Source of the DNA: Patescibacteria group bacterium
GTDB taxonomy: Bacteria; Patescibacteriota; Gracilibacteria; UBA1369; PNNO01
NCBI GenBank assembly: GCA_042568575.1
Contig: JBHPIO010000012.1
Coordinates: forward strand, 1 to 36,604
Direction of reading: 5' to 3'
DNA length: 36,604 bases
Below the pieces are notes generated by a model. It made no database searches. It was not told the DNA's origin and saw nothing but the letters and a program-made list of their open reading frames with translations. This document shows positions 1 to 10,425 of this stretch, in pieces (within the stretch, counting starts at the first letter, position 1; the number at the start of each line of letters is the position of its first letter). Made by a program: the position numbers and the translations under genes.

Positions 1-1136
1 GAAAGAAATTAATTGATACAGTAAAGATCAATCAGTTCTTCAGAATTGCTGAATTAAACAAACAGTCCAAGGTATTACTTGTGACAATCACTGATGATAA
101 AGGAAAGAAGCGTTTTGGAATGTATTATCCAGGTCAGAAAACAGTTTATGAATTAGATAAGGAAGGTGGAAAACAAACAAAGAACCCACTTGGATTTGCC
201 AAAAAAAATAAAAACAAATTCCAAATACAGGTGGTTAACCCAACGGATGCTCACTTTAAGGCTAGGACGTCTGTTGATAGGAAGGTTATGTCACCGGATG
301 GATTAGAGCAAGGGGAAAACATGAAGAAACTTGAAGGTTTGAGAAAAGACTTTGCGAAATTAAAAGGCAAATTGGCTAATTTAGATCTCAAAAAACTGAA
401 TAAATTTGCAAAAGAATATAAGCCTTATAATTCAAATCTGATTTTGTTTGGTGAAAAAAGAATACTCGTCTTGAGTGAGATTACAAGAAAACATGGATTA
501 AAAGTATTAAACAAAATTTTAAGAGCTGAAATAGCAGTGCTAAATGAAGGTATCAAGAAGCTTAAAACTAAGCCTGCTGCAACAACCGCTTCACCTGGTG
601 CACCAAGTGCATCAAGGCGGCCTGGAAAACGTCCTAAAGGTGCAGAGACAGAAAAGCCAAGCCCTGAACTTCTTACTCAAATAAGAAGTTTAAGCGAAGG
701 TGATGGCGTGACATTTACAAAGGATGGGGTGAAAATGGCTGTGTTTAAAGATTCAAAAGGCAAGCTTCATTATATTACTGATCTTAGTTCTGGAGATTCA
801 TCCGGGCCGAAAAAAACGAGTGATTTTAAAGATCTTACAATTGATACAACCAAACCTATTACAAAAATTGACGGGAAACCTTTGTTTAATGCAATGAAAA
901 AATTAATAGGTCCAAAAAAAGGGAAAACCCTTACATTTACTTTAGCAAATGGTAAAAAAGTACGTGCGAAACTTAATAATAGTCCGGGAATATTTCAACA
1001 GTATGCAATTTTTTCCTATAGCATAGGAGGAACTCCTCAAGGTGTTGTTGATACAAGAAAACCAAAAACTCAAGTAGTGTCGTTTGCAAGGGTTAGTACT
1101 AATTTAAAGCCTGGGACAGTATTTTCTTATGAATAG
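1..1136 (+). CDS. Lys-rich hypothetical protein, 5'-truncated by the window edge
   Basis: The frame is open from position 3 (KKLIDTVKINQFFRIAELNKQSKVLLVT...) through the listed GTG at 81 to TAG at 1134-1136. Very basic, with an Ala/Pro/Ser linker and no recognisable domain. Confidence 0.75.
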   Translation, partial: KKLIDTVKINQFFRIAELNKQSKVLLVTITDDKGKKRFGMYYPGQKTVYELDKEGGKQTKNPLGFAKKNKNKFQIQVVNPTDAHFKARTSVDRKVMSPDGLEQGENMKKLEGLRKDFAKLKGKLANLDLKKLNKFAKEYKPYNSNLILFGEKRILVLSEITRKHGLKVLNKILRAEIAVLNEGIKKLKTKPAATTASPGAPSASRRPGKRPKGAETEKPSPELLTQIRSLSEGDGVTFTKDGVKMAVFKDSKGKLHYITDLSSGDSSGPKKTSDFKDLTIDTTKPITKIDGKPLFNAMKKLIGPKKGKTLTFTLANGKKVRAKLNNSPGIFQQYAIFSYSIGGTPQGVVDTRKPKTQVVSFARVSTNLKPGTVFSYE

Positions 1137-1148
1137 TTTTAAACAAAC

Positions 1149-2303
1149 ATGAAACAAAAATTCCTAAAACTAGCAAAAGAATTCACAGTTGTCATGACGG
1201 CAGCGATTATTGTTTTGTCGTTTGCAGCATCGGTTCAAGCAGCATCTGATTCAACTGAAAATACTCAAAATAGTTATTTGATTGCTGCTACGAATGCAGG
1301 ATCTACAGGAGGTGCATCGCCAACCACAGGTGCCCCAAAAGCGGGAACTACTGGCGCAACTTCACCAACGACTGATCCAGCTTCGAGAGCTACAGATACA
1401 GGTGTGACAGGAGACTCGACTGACACAGGTGCTCCAGACAACCTCATCCCAATAAAGACGACTGGCTACGATGACTTATGGAAGTTGAAAAGTCAGGATC
1501 CAGTGAGTATGCTCAATGAACTTAAAAATGGATTTTTTAGGAATGCGAAGTATATTTTTGGTGCGGTAGCAGTGCTTTTTGTGATGCTTGCAGCAGTTAA
1601 ATTAATTGTTGCGGGAGATAATGAAGAAGTTGTAACCAAGCAGAAGAAAGCCATTACATACGCCATTATCGCGTTGGCGGTAATTGGATTTTCAGATGAA
1701 ATAGCACAAACACTTTCAGTAGCTTGTCCGGAAGGGGAGGCAAACTGTTCGAAGGGTGGCTTTTTGGCCGATCCAAATGCAATGATTAAACAGTCAAGTA
1801 TTTTCAACAACGAAGTTAAAATATTTATAACGTTTATTAAATACCTAATTGGGGGGATTGCAGTGCTTATGTTAGTACGTAATGGTATTCGTTTTGTTGC
1901 ACTATATGGAAACGAAGAAAGTGTGACTGTAGATAAAAAGAATTTGGCATTTATTTCGGCAGGATTAGTCCTGATTGTTATAGCAAGTGTGGCAATCGAA
2001 AAAGTTTTCTTTGTCGTTGATAAAACAAGATATTCGACTTCAGGGGGTGTTCAGCCTGCAATTGCCCCAGAAAGAGGAGTGGAAGAGATAGCAGGTATAA
2101 CAAATATGGTAGTTACATTTGCAACACCAATTGCGATCTTAGTACTTATTATCGCTGGAGTGATGTACGCAACAGCAGGTGGAGACGAAGAAAAAACTAA
2201 AAAAGCAAAACGTATGATCGTACTGGCAGTAGCCGGTTTAGCCCTTATGTTTGGCGCATTTGCAATAGTGGGGACTGTTATTTCAGGTCAATTTTCATCA
2301 TAA
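1149..2303 (+). CDS. Membrane protein with three tandem TrbC/VirB2-like (CPR pilin-type) hairpin repeats
   Basis: Signal peptide (..SVQA), then a Thr/Gly/Ala low-complexity stalk, then 3 hydrophobic hairpins with the loops AGDNEEVVTKQKK, YGNEESVTVDKK and AGGDEEKTKKAKR. Confidence 0.8.
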   Translation: MKQKFLKLAKEFTVVMTAAIIVLSFAASVQAASDSTENTQNSYLIAATNAGSTGGASPTTGAPKAGTTGATSPTTDPASRATDTGVTGDSTDTGAPDNLIPIKTTGYDDLWKLKSQDPVSMLNELKNGFFRNAKYIFGAVAVLFVMLAAVKLIVAGDNEEVVTKQKKAITYAIIALAVIGFSDEIAQTLSVACPEGEANCSKGGFLADPNAMIKQSSIFNNEVKIFITFIKYLIGGIAVLMLVRNGIRFVALYGNEESVTVDKKNLAFISAGLVLIVIASVAIEKVFFVVDKTRYSTSGGVQPAIAPERGVEEIAGITNMVVTFATPIAILVLIIAGVMYATAGGDEEKTKKAKRMIVLAVAGLALMFGAFAIVGTVISGQFSS

Positions 2304-2306
2304 TTT

Positions 2307-3257
2307 ATGAATATCAAAAAACAATTAAAATCAGTAATAATCGTGTTTACCTTGGTGTCTGTGGCATTGGGCATGAAAATGCTATATGAAGAGACGACTT
2401 TTGCTCAATCGTCTTTACAGAAGCCATTAGAGACAATTCAAAGCGCAACAGATTTGCCTACATTTGATACAAACACTCATTCTAAGGCATCCATTCAACC
2501 AGGTGCTTCAAATATAACGAGTGCAATTTTCTTTGTTCTTGATTTTGCAAAATATTTGATTGGAACCGTTGCGGTGGTAGTGATTATTATTGCCGGGGTT
2601 AAATTAGTGATGGCTAGAAAGAAAATAGACGAAGTTTGGCCCAAACAAAAAGAACATTTGATTATGATAGCGACAGGACTTATATTTATATTCGTTGCGG
2701 ATGTGGCTGTTAGAAACGTCTTCTTTGGTGTTGAAGGAGAGGTTTATGATACTCAGGCGCAAGCTGAAGCGGCAGCCGAACAAGGAATCCAGCAGCTTCG
2801 CGGAATGTACAATGTAGTAATGATACTTGCGGGTGCTATTGCAGTGTTTATGCTGATTGTCGCGGGTATAAGATTAATAACAAGTGGAGGAAACGAAGAA
2901 GTTCAAACAAAGGTGAAAAAGCAGATTACATGGATTGTAATAGGTCTTTTTGTGATTGGGGTAGCTGAGTTTGCCGTTATGGATTTCATTTTCCCAAAAC
3001 ACGGAACTCAGATACCGGATGATGTTAAAGGAAGACAATTAATCGTTGATTTCACCAATTTTATATCTGCATTTATAAGTATAGCAGCTGTTATAGCATG
3101 TATTTACGGTGGATATTTGTATGTTACAGCAGTTGGAAACGAGGAGCAGACAGGGAAAGCAAAAAAAACGCTTGTGGGAGCGATAATTGCACTAGTAATT
3201 GCTTTAGGTGCATTTGCAATAATAAATACAGTTGTCCAGATAGAACCTGGCTTATAG
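2307..3257 (+). CDS. Membrane protein with three tandem TrbC/VirB2-like pilin repeats (paralog of the upstream gene)
   Basis: N-terminal signal/TM, then 3 hairpins including SGGNEEVQTKVKKQITW and YGGYLYVTAVGNEEQTGKAKK. Shares FAKYLIG/FIKYLIG with 1149..2303. Confidence 0.8.
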   Translation: MNIKKQLKSVIIVFTLVSVALGMKMLYEETTFAQSSLQKPLETIQSATDLPTFDTNTHSKASIQPGASNITSAIFFVLDFAKYLIGTVAVVVIIIAGVKLVMARKKIDEVWPKQKEHLIMIATGLIFIFVADVAVRNVFFGVEGEVYDTQAQAEAAAEQGIQQLRGMYNVVMILAGAIAVFMLIVAGIRLITSGGNEEVQTKVKKQITWIVIGLFVIGVAEFAVMDFIFPKHGTQIPDDVKGRQLIVDFTNFISAFISIAAVIACIYGGYLYVTAVGNEEQTGKAKKTLVGAIIALVIALGAFAIINTVVQIEPGL

Positions 3258-3259
3258 AC

Positions 3260-3288
3260 TTGAAAAAACACGTATTTTCTGATATAAT
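3260..3288 (+). promoter_or_regulatory. sigma70-type promoter for the pilin-PKD gene
   Basis: TTGAAA (3260-3265), 17 nt spacer, TATAAT (3283-3288) with extended -10 TG, 23 nt upstream of ATG 3312. Confidence 0.65.
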
Positions 3289-3311
3289 TAATCAATAAAA
3301 TAAATATAAAT

Positions 3312-6300
3312 ATGGCTATACTAAGAAAAATAAAAAAACACTTTGGACTGCTCTTCGTGACAGCACTATTGCTGTCTGTATTTGTTGTTCCTCAAACAGC
3401 TTCTGCTGACCTCTGTGATCAACTTGCAGATAAGACAGGAGGATTCTTCTCGTGTGGAGAAGGAGAAACTTCATTCACACAATTTCAGGGAGGATTAACT
3501 CCGCCAAGTACGGAAGGATATGATCCAAGCCTAGTACAGGAAACAAACCTGCGAGACTATATAGTGAACATTGTGAACTTTGTTCTTGGATTCCTTGGAC
3601 TGGTAGCAATGGTAATTGTGATTTACGGTGGTTTCTTATATGTAACCGCTGCGGGCGCGGAAGAACAAACAACAAAAGGAAAGAAAAGTATTATGTACGC
3701 CGTTATAGGTATAGTTATAATTTTAATTTCATTCGCATTAGTTAATACATTAATAGGAGGACTTGGAAAAGGAACAGATGCGGGCGTGGGAACAGGACAA
3801 CTTTCTGGGTCTGCACCTGATCAATTAACAGGAGATCAGACGCAAAATGTACAAAGATTATTCTTTCTTGCTTCTTCACAGGTGGAGAGAGCTGCTAAAG
3901 ATCTTGCTACAACATACTCACATTATATAGATGTAGATGACACACTTGCTGACTTAACAAGTGTTCCGCCAGCAGATACTCAACAACAGGTAACAATATT
4001 CTTAAATGACATGAAGCGTGCTCTTAGGAATGTGGTTTCTTCTGCAGGTGATTTGAGCCGTAGCGCAGAACAAGCAAAAATGGCTGAAGATCAGGTTGAT
4101 ATTTGGTTACGAGCAACAGAAGCACAATTAGCAAGAGAAACAGAAAGTGACATTGGTGATGTTGATTATTGGAAATTCTGGCAGGCTGATCCACAACTTG
4201 CAGACTTCCAGGGTGCAATTATGTCTCTAACAGTAGGACTTGAAGATGCTAACCTTCTTGATTTCCACGATGCGGTTAGTGATATCAAGTTTGAACTTGA
4301 GGACCTTAAGATTCAATTGGAGAACTCAGGATTTGTAGATACACAAGGAACTGATTTTGAATTATTCTATGACGATGCAATTGAGTCATTGGATGCTTTA
4401 TTAATTGGTGCTCCGGATAATATTCTTATTGTAGATGCGCTTACAGCATTAAGTGACTTGCACACAGTAGTGCAAAACATTCAATTCGTTGCTGCAATTA
4501 TTACAGCAGATGTAGATGACGGTAACGGACCGTTGATTGTTAACTTTGATGCACTTAGATCAGTTAGGCCAGATTATCAAACAATTAATGAAGACGATAT
4601 CTATTGGGATTTTGGTGACGGATCAGTTGCAGAAGGAAGATTTGCAGTTTCTCATGTATATAGAAAGACAGGAACATATGTAGTTAAAATGACTATTGAT
4701 GGGGATGCGGCAAATAATATTGCTGCAGGTGTTGCATTTAAAGATGTAGTAGTGCGGCCGCCTGCTTCCCAAATAAACCTAAAAGTAAATATCGGAGATC
4801 GCGACCTCGGCTACCTAAGCCAATACAAAGACGGTTTCCTAACAACAGACAGAAACAGATTCAACGTAACCCTAACAGAAGCGCGTGACATAGGTATCAT
4901 TTTCGATGCATCAGAAAGTCGCGGCGGCTTCCAATCAGAACAACAGCAAGAAGCTGGAGAAACATATATCCAAACAATAGCTTGGGACTTTGGTGACGGA
5001 ACCGATTCAATAATGGGAGAAATGGTTGCGGAAGATGTTCAAACACATTACTACGGAGAGCAGGGGACATATCCTGTAGTAGTTGAAGTAACAGACTCTC
5101 GTGGTATCCGTGACAGAAAAGTATTCGAAGTAGTAGTTGATTCACCAGCTGCAAGAATCTATGTGCAGCCAGGTGCTAAAGCAAAAATAAACGAACAAAT
5201 ATCATTTGATGCAGGAAATTCAGCAAGTGACGGTGGTCAGATTGTTGGTTACGACTGGCAGATCATTAACACACCTCTTCATTACACAGCTGATCAAAGT
5301 GAAGAAAGCTTTAATGAAACATTCGAAAATCCTGGTGTTTACAATGTAAGCCTTACAGTTACTGACAACGTAGGTGACTCAGCAACAGATACAACAAACC
5401 TTCTAATAGAATCAAAAGCGCCTGAGGCGAAGTTCACTTACAATATTCCTGATGACAGCAAACCTCATATATATGAGTTAGACGGAACAAAGAGTTTCGA
5501 TCCAGACGGAAATATTAATGAAGGTACATATACATATAAATGGACAGTGGCAGCTATTGATCCTGATTACGATTTCGTTGATGAAAACGGAGCAATCGAC
5601 GAGCAAGGTCACTTAAAAAACCGAACATACATTAAATTTTATAAAATAGGAGAATATCCAATTACTTTGGATGTGAATGATTTCAATGAACCGGAAAACC
5701 CTGGAGTTCCAGAATCTCAAACAATAAATGTTAACAGTATTCTGGATATCATGTTTAACGAAACTGATGTAACTTCAGCAATTCTCAATAACAATAGTGA
5801 AGCAGAAGTGACGCTAACAGGAATCTCAGAAAACGGTGTTGCATACGAATGGGACTTTGGTGACAACACTTCAACAACAACAGGAGATATAATTGCAGGA
5901 CAAACAACTGCTACTCACAAATATACATCTTCTGGAACATACGACGTTCGTCTAACTGTATTCGATAAAGAAGACAATGAAAACACAGTAAAACGAAGAG
6001 TTATGATTGGAGAGGCAGATAGCCCTCTTGCTGTGATTTCAATTAAAGTAGATGGTGAAGAACTATTTGATTTGTCTGAAGGAGTTACAGTAAATAGAAA
6101 GTCTGTAATCGAATTCAGCGCTGATAAGGCTCTAAACAGAGACGGAACAGGTCGAAGACTTGGTTACCAATGGGATTTTGGTGACACGCAGCGTTCAACA
6201 CAAAAAATAATTACACATAAATATAGTGATCTAAGTCCAACTGAACCTGGATACTACACTGCAACATTAAAGGTTGTTGATAAGAATGATCTCACAAGAA

Positions 6301-7787
6301 CTTCTTCAACAACAATTAACGTTAATGTAATTGGAGAGCTTCCAACTTTGCAGGCATTTACAGCTGTACCTCAGCAAACTGATTTAACAACTCCTGTGAA
6401 AGTTAAGCTCGAAGCCATTGGTGCTAGTGATCCGGACGGACAAATAGTTAAATACTTATGGTGGTATTACGATGCAAGAGACCCTCAATTAACAATGGGG
6501 CACACAATCACACAAACACCTTCTGCGAGCGTTACAATTGGAACACGCGGCGTTGAAGGCGAAGAAATGACATATAAATTTGGTCTTCAAATGACTGACC
6601 AGGAGAATTTCGATGTAGATGTTATGGATGTACTGGACGAAGGCATGATCCCATCATTAGATGTGGTTAATGGCCCTAATGATATTCCGGTATCAAAATT
6701 CAACGTTGATAGAACAAGTATCATGATTGGTGAAACTATCAACTTTACAAGTAGCTCTTCAGATCCTGATGGAAGGATCGTTCAATATATTTGGGATTTT
6801 GAAGGTGATGGATTTGGAAACAACAAAGCAACAAGTCTTTCTACAATCTCTCATACTTATGACACACCAGCAATTGATGGAGTGAACGTTAGATTAAAAG
6901 TTGTTGATGATAACTTTGCAGAATCTATTTCATTGCCGGTTAAAGTATTTGTTGACACAGACGCAGAGGCGCCTGTAGCTGCATTCAAAACTGAGCAAAC
7001 TGGTAAAAATACTATGCACTTTATTAATAATTCGGCAGCAGATGTCGAAAATGGAGCTGTACTTGCTAAGTATACTTGGGACTTTGACGTAAGTTCTGAA
7101 CTTGATAGTGCAGATAGCGATGGAGACGGGGTTAGAGACAACGATACTGACTCAGCTGATTTTGAACCAACATTCACATACGATGAAGATGGAATCTATA
7201 GAGCAAAATTAACTATTGAAGATAACTTTGGAAATACAAGTGAGGTAATTAATTTTGTTAACGTTAAGCCTGCTGCAGGAACAATAACAACAACAGAAGA
7301 AGACTTGAAAGCAAATTTTGTAAGTACTCCAAAAGTAAGTCCAGAAGATAATTCTATTCATTTATCTGGAGATTTTGATGAAGTTAGTTTTGATTTCACT
7401 AAATCAACAGGAAGCGTAATCAGATATGTTTTCGATGATAATGTTTATGTTGATTCAAATGATAACGGTAGAAAAGCGGATGACGAGGATTATGTATCAA
7501 CAAAACCTGGAGTTTATACAACTACATTTAATTCAGAAACTGATAGAATCAAAATTCGATTAACAGTTTATGACGATGAAGGACGTGTTGATATAAAGGA
7601 AATCCGTATTGTGTTTGATGAAGACGAAAGCGATCTTGGAGCGAACGTACTTGGAGGCATACATCAATCTGCAATTCCTGCAATAGTTGTAAGTATCGTG
7701 TTATTTGCTATAGTGAGTTTAAGTCTTTATATGCATGTATTACGATATGAACCAGTGCGTATAAATTCTAAAAAACGTAAAAAATAA
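3312..7787 (+). CDS. Large surface protein: signal peptide + pilin-like hairpin + helical region + ~10 PKD/Ig-like domains + C-terminal TM
   Basis: IYGGFLYVTAAGAEEQTTKGKK pilin motif. Repeated WDFGDG / SxDPDGxIVxYxW PKD motifs. DSDGDGVRDND Ca-binding-like motif. C-terminal hydrophobic helix followed by SKKRKK. Confidence 0.85.
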   Translation: MAILRKIKKHFGLLFVTALLLSVFVVPQTASADLCDQLADKTGGFFSCGEGETSFTQFQGGLTPPSTEGYDPSLVQETNLRDYIVNIVNFVLGFLGLVAMVIVIYGGFLYVTAAGAEEQTTKGKKSIMYAVIGIVIILISFALVNTLIGGLGKGTDAGVGTGQLSGSAPDQLTGDQTQNVQRLFFLASSQVERAAKDLATTYSHYIDVDDTLADLTSVPPADTQQQVTIFLNDMKRALRNVVSSAGDLSRSAEQAKMAEDQVDIWLRATEAQLARETESDIGDVDYWKFWQADPQLADFQGAIMSLTVGLEDANLLDFHDAVSDIKFELEDLKIQLENSGFVDTQGTDFELFYDDAIESLDALLIGAPDNILIVDALTALSDLHTVVQNIQFVAAIITADVDDGNGPLIVNFDALRSVRPDYQTINEDDIYWDFGDGSVAEGRFAVSHVYRKTGTYVVKMTIDGDAANNIAAGVAFKDVVVRPPASQINLKVNIGDRDLGYLSQYKDGFLTTDRNRFNVTLTEARDIGIIFDASESRGGFQSEQQQEAGETYIQTIAWDFGDGTDSIMGEMVAEDVQTHYYGEQGTYPVVVEVTDSRGIRDRKVFEVVVDSPAARIYVQPGAKAKINEQISFDAGNSASDGGQIVGYDWQIINTPLHYTADQSEESFNETFENPGVYNVSLTVTDNVGDSATDTTNLLIESKAPEAKFTYNIPDDSKPHIYELDGTKSFDPDGNINEGTYTYKWTVAAIDPDYDFVDENGAIDEQGHLKNRTYIKFYKIGEYPITLDVNDFNEPENPGVPESQTINVNSILDIMFNETDVTSAILNNNSEAEVTLTGISENGVAYEWDFGDNTSTTTGDIIAGQTTATHKYTSSGTYDVRLTVFDKEDNENTVKRRVMIGEADSPLAVISIKVDGEELFDLSEGVTVNRKSVIEFSADKALNRDGTGRRLGYQWDFGDTQRSTQKIITHKYSDLSPTEPGYYTATLKVVDKNDLTRTSSTTINVNVIGELPTLQAFTAVPQQTDLTTPVKVKLEAIGASDPDGQIVKYLWWYYDARDPQLTMGHTITQTPSASVTIGTRGVEGEEMTYKFGLQMTDQENFDVDVMDVLDEGMIPSLDVVNGPNDIPVSKFNVDRTSIMIGETINFTSSSSDPDGRIVQYIWDFEGDGFGNNKATSLSTISHTYDTPAIDGVNVRLKVVDDNFAESISLPVKVFVDTDAEAPVAAFKTEQTGKNTMHFINNSAADVENGAVLAKYTWDFDVSSELDSADSDGDGVRDNDTDSADFEPTFTYDEDGIYRAKLTIEDNFGNTSEVINFVNVKPAAGTITTTEEDLKANFVSTPKVSPEDNSIHLSGDFDEVSFDFTKSTGSVIRYVFDDNVYVDSNDNGRKADDEDYVSTKPGVYTTTFNSETDRIKIRLTVYDDEGRVDIKEIRIVFDEDESDLGANVLGGIHQSAIPAIVVSIVLFAIVSLSLYMHVLRYEPVRINSKKRKK

Positions 7788-7799
7788 TCATATAAATTT

Positions 7800-10244
7800 A
7801 TGGATACAAATTCACCTGAAAATATGAAACCAGAGGATGCGGCAAATGCGCCACAAACTCCTGAAAACCAATCGGTATCAGATTTTGGAACGCAGCCAGC
7901 TCAGCCAAGTCAGCCACAGGCTGCACCTGAGCAACCGGCAGCACCACAGCAGCCTGAAGTTCCTGCTCAGCCTAAACCGGCTCCAGCGGAACCAGCTTCA
8001 GTGCCAGAAGCACCTGCTCCAGAGGCTCCAAAACCAGAACCAGTTGTGCCAGAGGCTCCTGCAGTAAAACCTGCAATTGAAACTCCTAAGGCACCAGCAG
8101 TAAAGCCAGCCCCAGTAGCAAAACCGGCTGCAGCAGTAAAAGCAGCAAAAAAAATACCGGCAGGTAAAAGAGTATTAACAAAGGATGAGATAATGCAAAG
8201 AGAATCATCACGAAATAAAAAGATAATCATGGGATGTGGAGGATCATTTGGATGTGCATCAATTCTTCTTATTGTTCTTATTTTTGTATTTGTCGGACAA
8301 GGTGCAGCAGGATCGAGCGCTCTAGCAGGTGCTCTTAGCCTTGATCAAGCTTCACTAGTGAATACGCTTGTAACGATTGTGAACCTATTCTTTGGACTAG
8401 GTGCATTTATCACATTCATTATGGCTGTAGGAGGAATCTTCAAGGCTGTAATGGCTCGAAAAGACGACTCTATTGCAAAGAAAAAAGGATATGTACTTTC
8501 AGGTGCTTCATTTGGAGTATTTATCGTTATTATTATGTTGTGGATTGGAGCATGGTATTACCTAAATGAACAAAGGGGACCATCTCAACCACAAACATTT
8601 ACAACAATTCAAACAACACCGGCTGAAACTCTTAACTTAACAGCGCCGGTAGAAATTACATTCGACGCTTCTCAATTGCCTTACGACTCAAGAAATTACG
8701 ATGTAATCTCTTATTTCTGGGATTTCGGTGATGGGTCAGCAGGTGCAGGAAGCAATGTTGAATCTCACAAATATGAAAGAAAAGGCTCAGGAAGATATGA
8801 TGTTAAATTAACACTAACATTTAAACATAAAACAACAGGTGAAGAAGCTACTGACTCAATTGAACATATAGTGTCAATTGCCGACGAAAAAGTTAATGCA
8901 GTCTTTGAGGCTGACGTTGAATCGGGAACAGCACCTCTGACAGTTTCATTTGATGGAAGCGAATCAACAGATCCAGATGGGACAATAGAAACATACGCAT
9001 GGGAAATAGATGGTGGTGGATTCCAGGAGGATGAAGCAACTTATTCTTACACATTCGAACAAGTGGGGGACTATACAGTTCGACTAAGAGTTACTAATAC
9101 TAAAGGTGATTATGATATTGCAGAACAAGTGATTTCAGTTACACAAGGTGATCAGCCTTCTGCTGTGATTGATATCCTAAATGCAGATAACGATAAATAT
9201 TATGTTGATCAAAATTATACGTTTGATGCATCTAGTTCAACTAGTCCAGCAGGCGCTATTACTAAATACGAGTGGGATTTTGGTGATGGTACTGCTAAGA
9301 AGAAAACACGAACTTCTCAACATTCATTCTCAGCTGAGGGTGTATATAAAGTAGTTTTGATTGTTACAGACGAAAAAGGAAATACTATGGAATCAACAAA
9401 AGATCTTAATGTTACGACTGCTGCGTCTTCTCCGAAGGCAAGCATGAAAACGGTTCCTGCAAAAGAAAATGCAGATGATATCTTTATCGAAGGAACGATT
9501 CCTTTTGAGGTTAATTTCGATGCAACAGGCAGTACAGATCCTGATGACGATATCGTAGATTACAAATGGGATTTTGACGGAGATGATGAATTTGATGCAA
9601 CTGGGGAAACAGCTGCATGGGTTTTCCAGACAGCCGGTAGCTATAATGTTAAATTAACTGTTATCGATTCAGCTGGATTTGAAAGCAGAGACGTGCTTCT
9701 TGTGAAAGCTCTTTCTAAGGGGCTTGAAGCACAAGTAGTCGCAGATCCGGTTTCTGGAGTAGTTCCTTTAACTGTTGAATTCGACGCTTCTGGATCAACA
9801 TATTCAGATGGGCAAATCGTAAGTTATGAATGGGATTTTGGTGATGGGACATTACCAAGAAGTGACGTTGGACAGGTAACTTATAAATATACAAAAATTG
9901 GAAACTTTAATGCTACTGTAAAAGTTCGAACAAACGATGGTAAAGAAGAGAAGGTAGAGATTTTGGTTAGTGTAAGACAAGTACCTCTTAAATCATGTTT
10001 TGAACCAACTCAGACAGTAGGGGATGCACCACTTCTGACTACATTCAATCCACAATGTGCTACCGGTACAATCGCGAAATACAGATGGGACTTTGGTGAT
10101 GGAGAAACTTCAGCTGAACGAAAACCAACTTATACATATTCAACTCCAGGAAGTTATGAAGTAGTTCTGGAAGTTGCAGATGCACAAAACGTAGTTGATG
10201 TTTCGTCACAATTTATAACTGTAACAGGACAATTAGTTAACTAA
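7800..10244 (+). CDS. Pro/Ala-rich N-terminus + 3 TM helices + six PKD domains
   Basis: PAQP/APEAP/PAVKP repeats, three hydrophobic segments, then six PKD signatures (YFWDFGDG, YAWEIDGG, YEWDFGDG, YKWDFDGD, YEWDFGDG, YRWDFGDG). Confidence 0.85.
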   Translation: MDTNSPENMKPEDAANAPQTPENQSVSDFGTQPAQPSQPQAAPEQPAAPQQPEVPAQPKPAPAEPASVPEAPAPEAPKPEPVVPEAPAVKPAIETPKAPAVKPAPVAKPAAAVKAAKKIPAGKRVLTKDEIMQRESSRNKKIIMGCGGSFGCASILLIVLIFVFVGQGAAGSSALAGALSLDQASLVNTLVTIVNLFFGLGAFITFIMAVGGIFKAVMARKDDSIAKKKGYVLSGASFGVFIVIIMLWIGAWYYLNEQRGPSQPQTFTTIQTTPAETLNLTAPVEITFDASQLPYDSRNYDVISYFWDFGDGSAGAGSNVESHKYERKGSGRYDVKLTLTFKHKTTGEEATDSIEHIVSIADEKVNAVFEADVESGTAPLTVSFDGSESTDPDGTIETYAWEIDGGGFQEDEATYSYTFEQVGDYTVRLRVTNTKGDYDIAEQVISVTQGDQPSAVIDILNADNDKYYVDQNYTFDASSSTSPAGAITKYEWDFGDGTAKKKTRTSQHSFSAEGVYKVVLIVTDEKGNTMESTKDLNVTTAASSPKASMKTVPAKENADDIFIEGTIPFEVNFDATGSTDPDDDIVDYKWDFDGDDEFDATGETAAWVFQTAGSYNVKLTVIDSAGFESRDVLLVKALSKGLEAQVVADPVSGVVPLTVEFDASGSTYSDGQIVSYEWDFGDGTLPRSDVGQVTYKYTKIGNFNATVKVRTNDGKEEKVEILVSVRQVPLKSCFEPTQTVGDAPLLTTFNPQCATGTIAKYRWDFGDGETSAERKPTYTYSTPGSYEVVLEVADAQNVVDVSSQFITVTGQLVN

Positions 10245-10251
10245 TAAATAT

Positions 10252-10365
10252 ATGTCATTAAGCAAAGGTCAAAAAAAAGTTGTTAGAATTGTAGGGTTAC
10301 TTGCGATTATTGCATTAGTTCTTACGAGTCTTGCACCAGCATTGGCAGTGCTACTTGCTCAATAA
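10252..10365 (+). CDS. Small 37-aa single-pass membrane peptide (not in the ORF track)
   Basis: ATG 10252 to TAA 10363-10365 encodes MSLSKGQKKVVRIVGLLAIIALVLTSLAPALAVLLAQ. It starts 7 nt after the previous stop, has a basic N-terminus plus hydrophobic helix, and fills the intergenic gap. Confidence 0.65.
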   Translation: MSLSKGQKKVVRIVGLLAIIALVLTSLAPALAVLLAQ

Positions 10366-10425
10366 AAAAAGCTGGCTAAAATAAGCCATTTATATAAAAA
10401 TCAAAAATAAATAACAAAAAACAAT

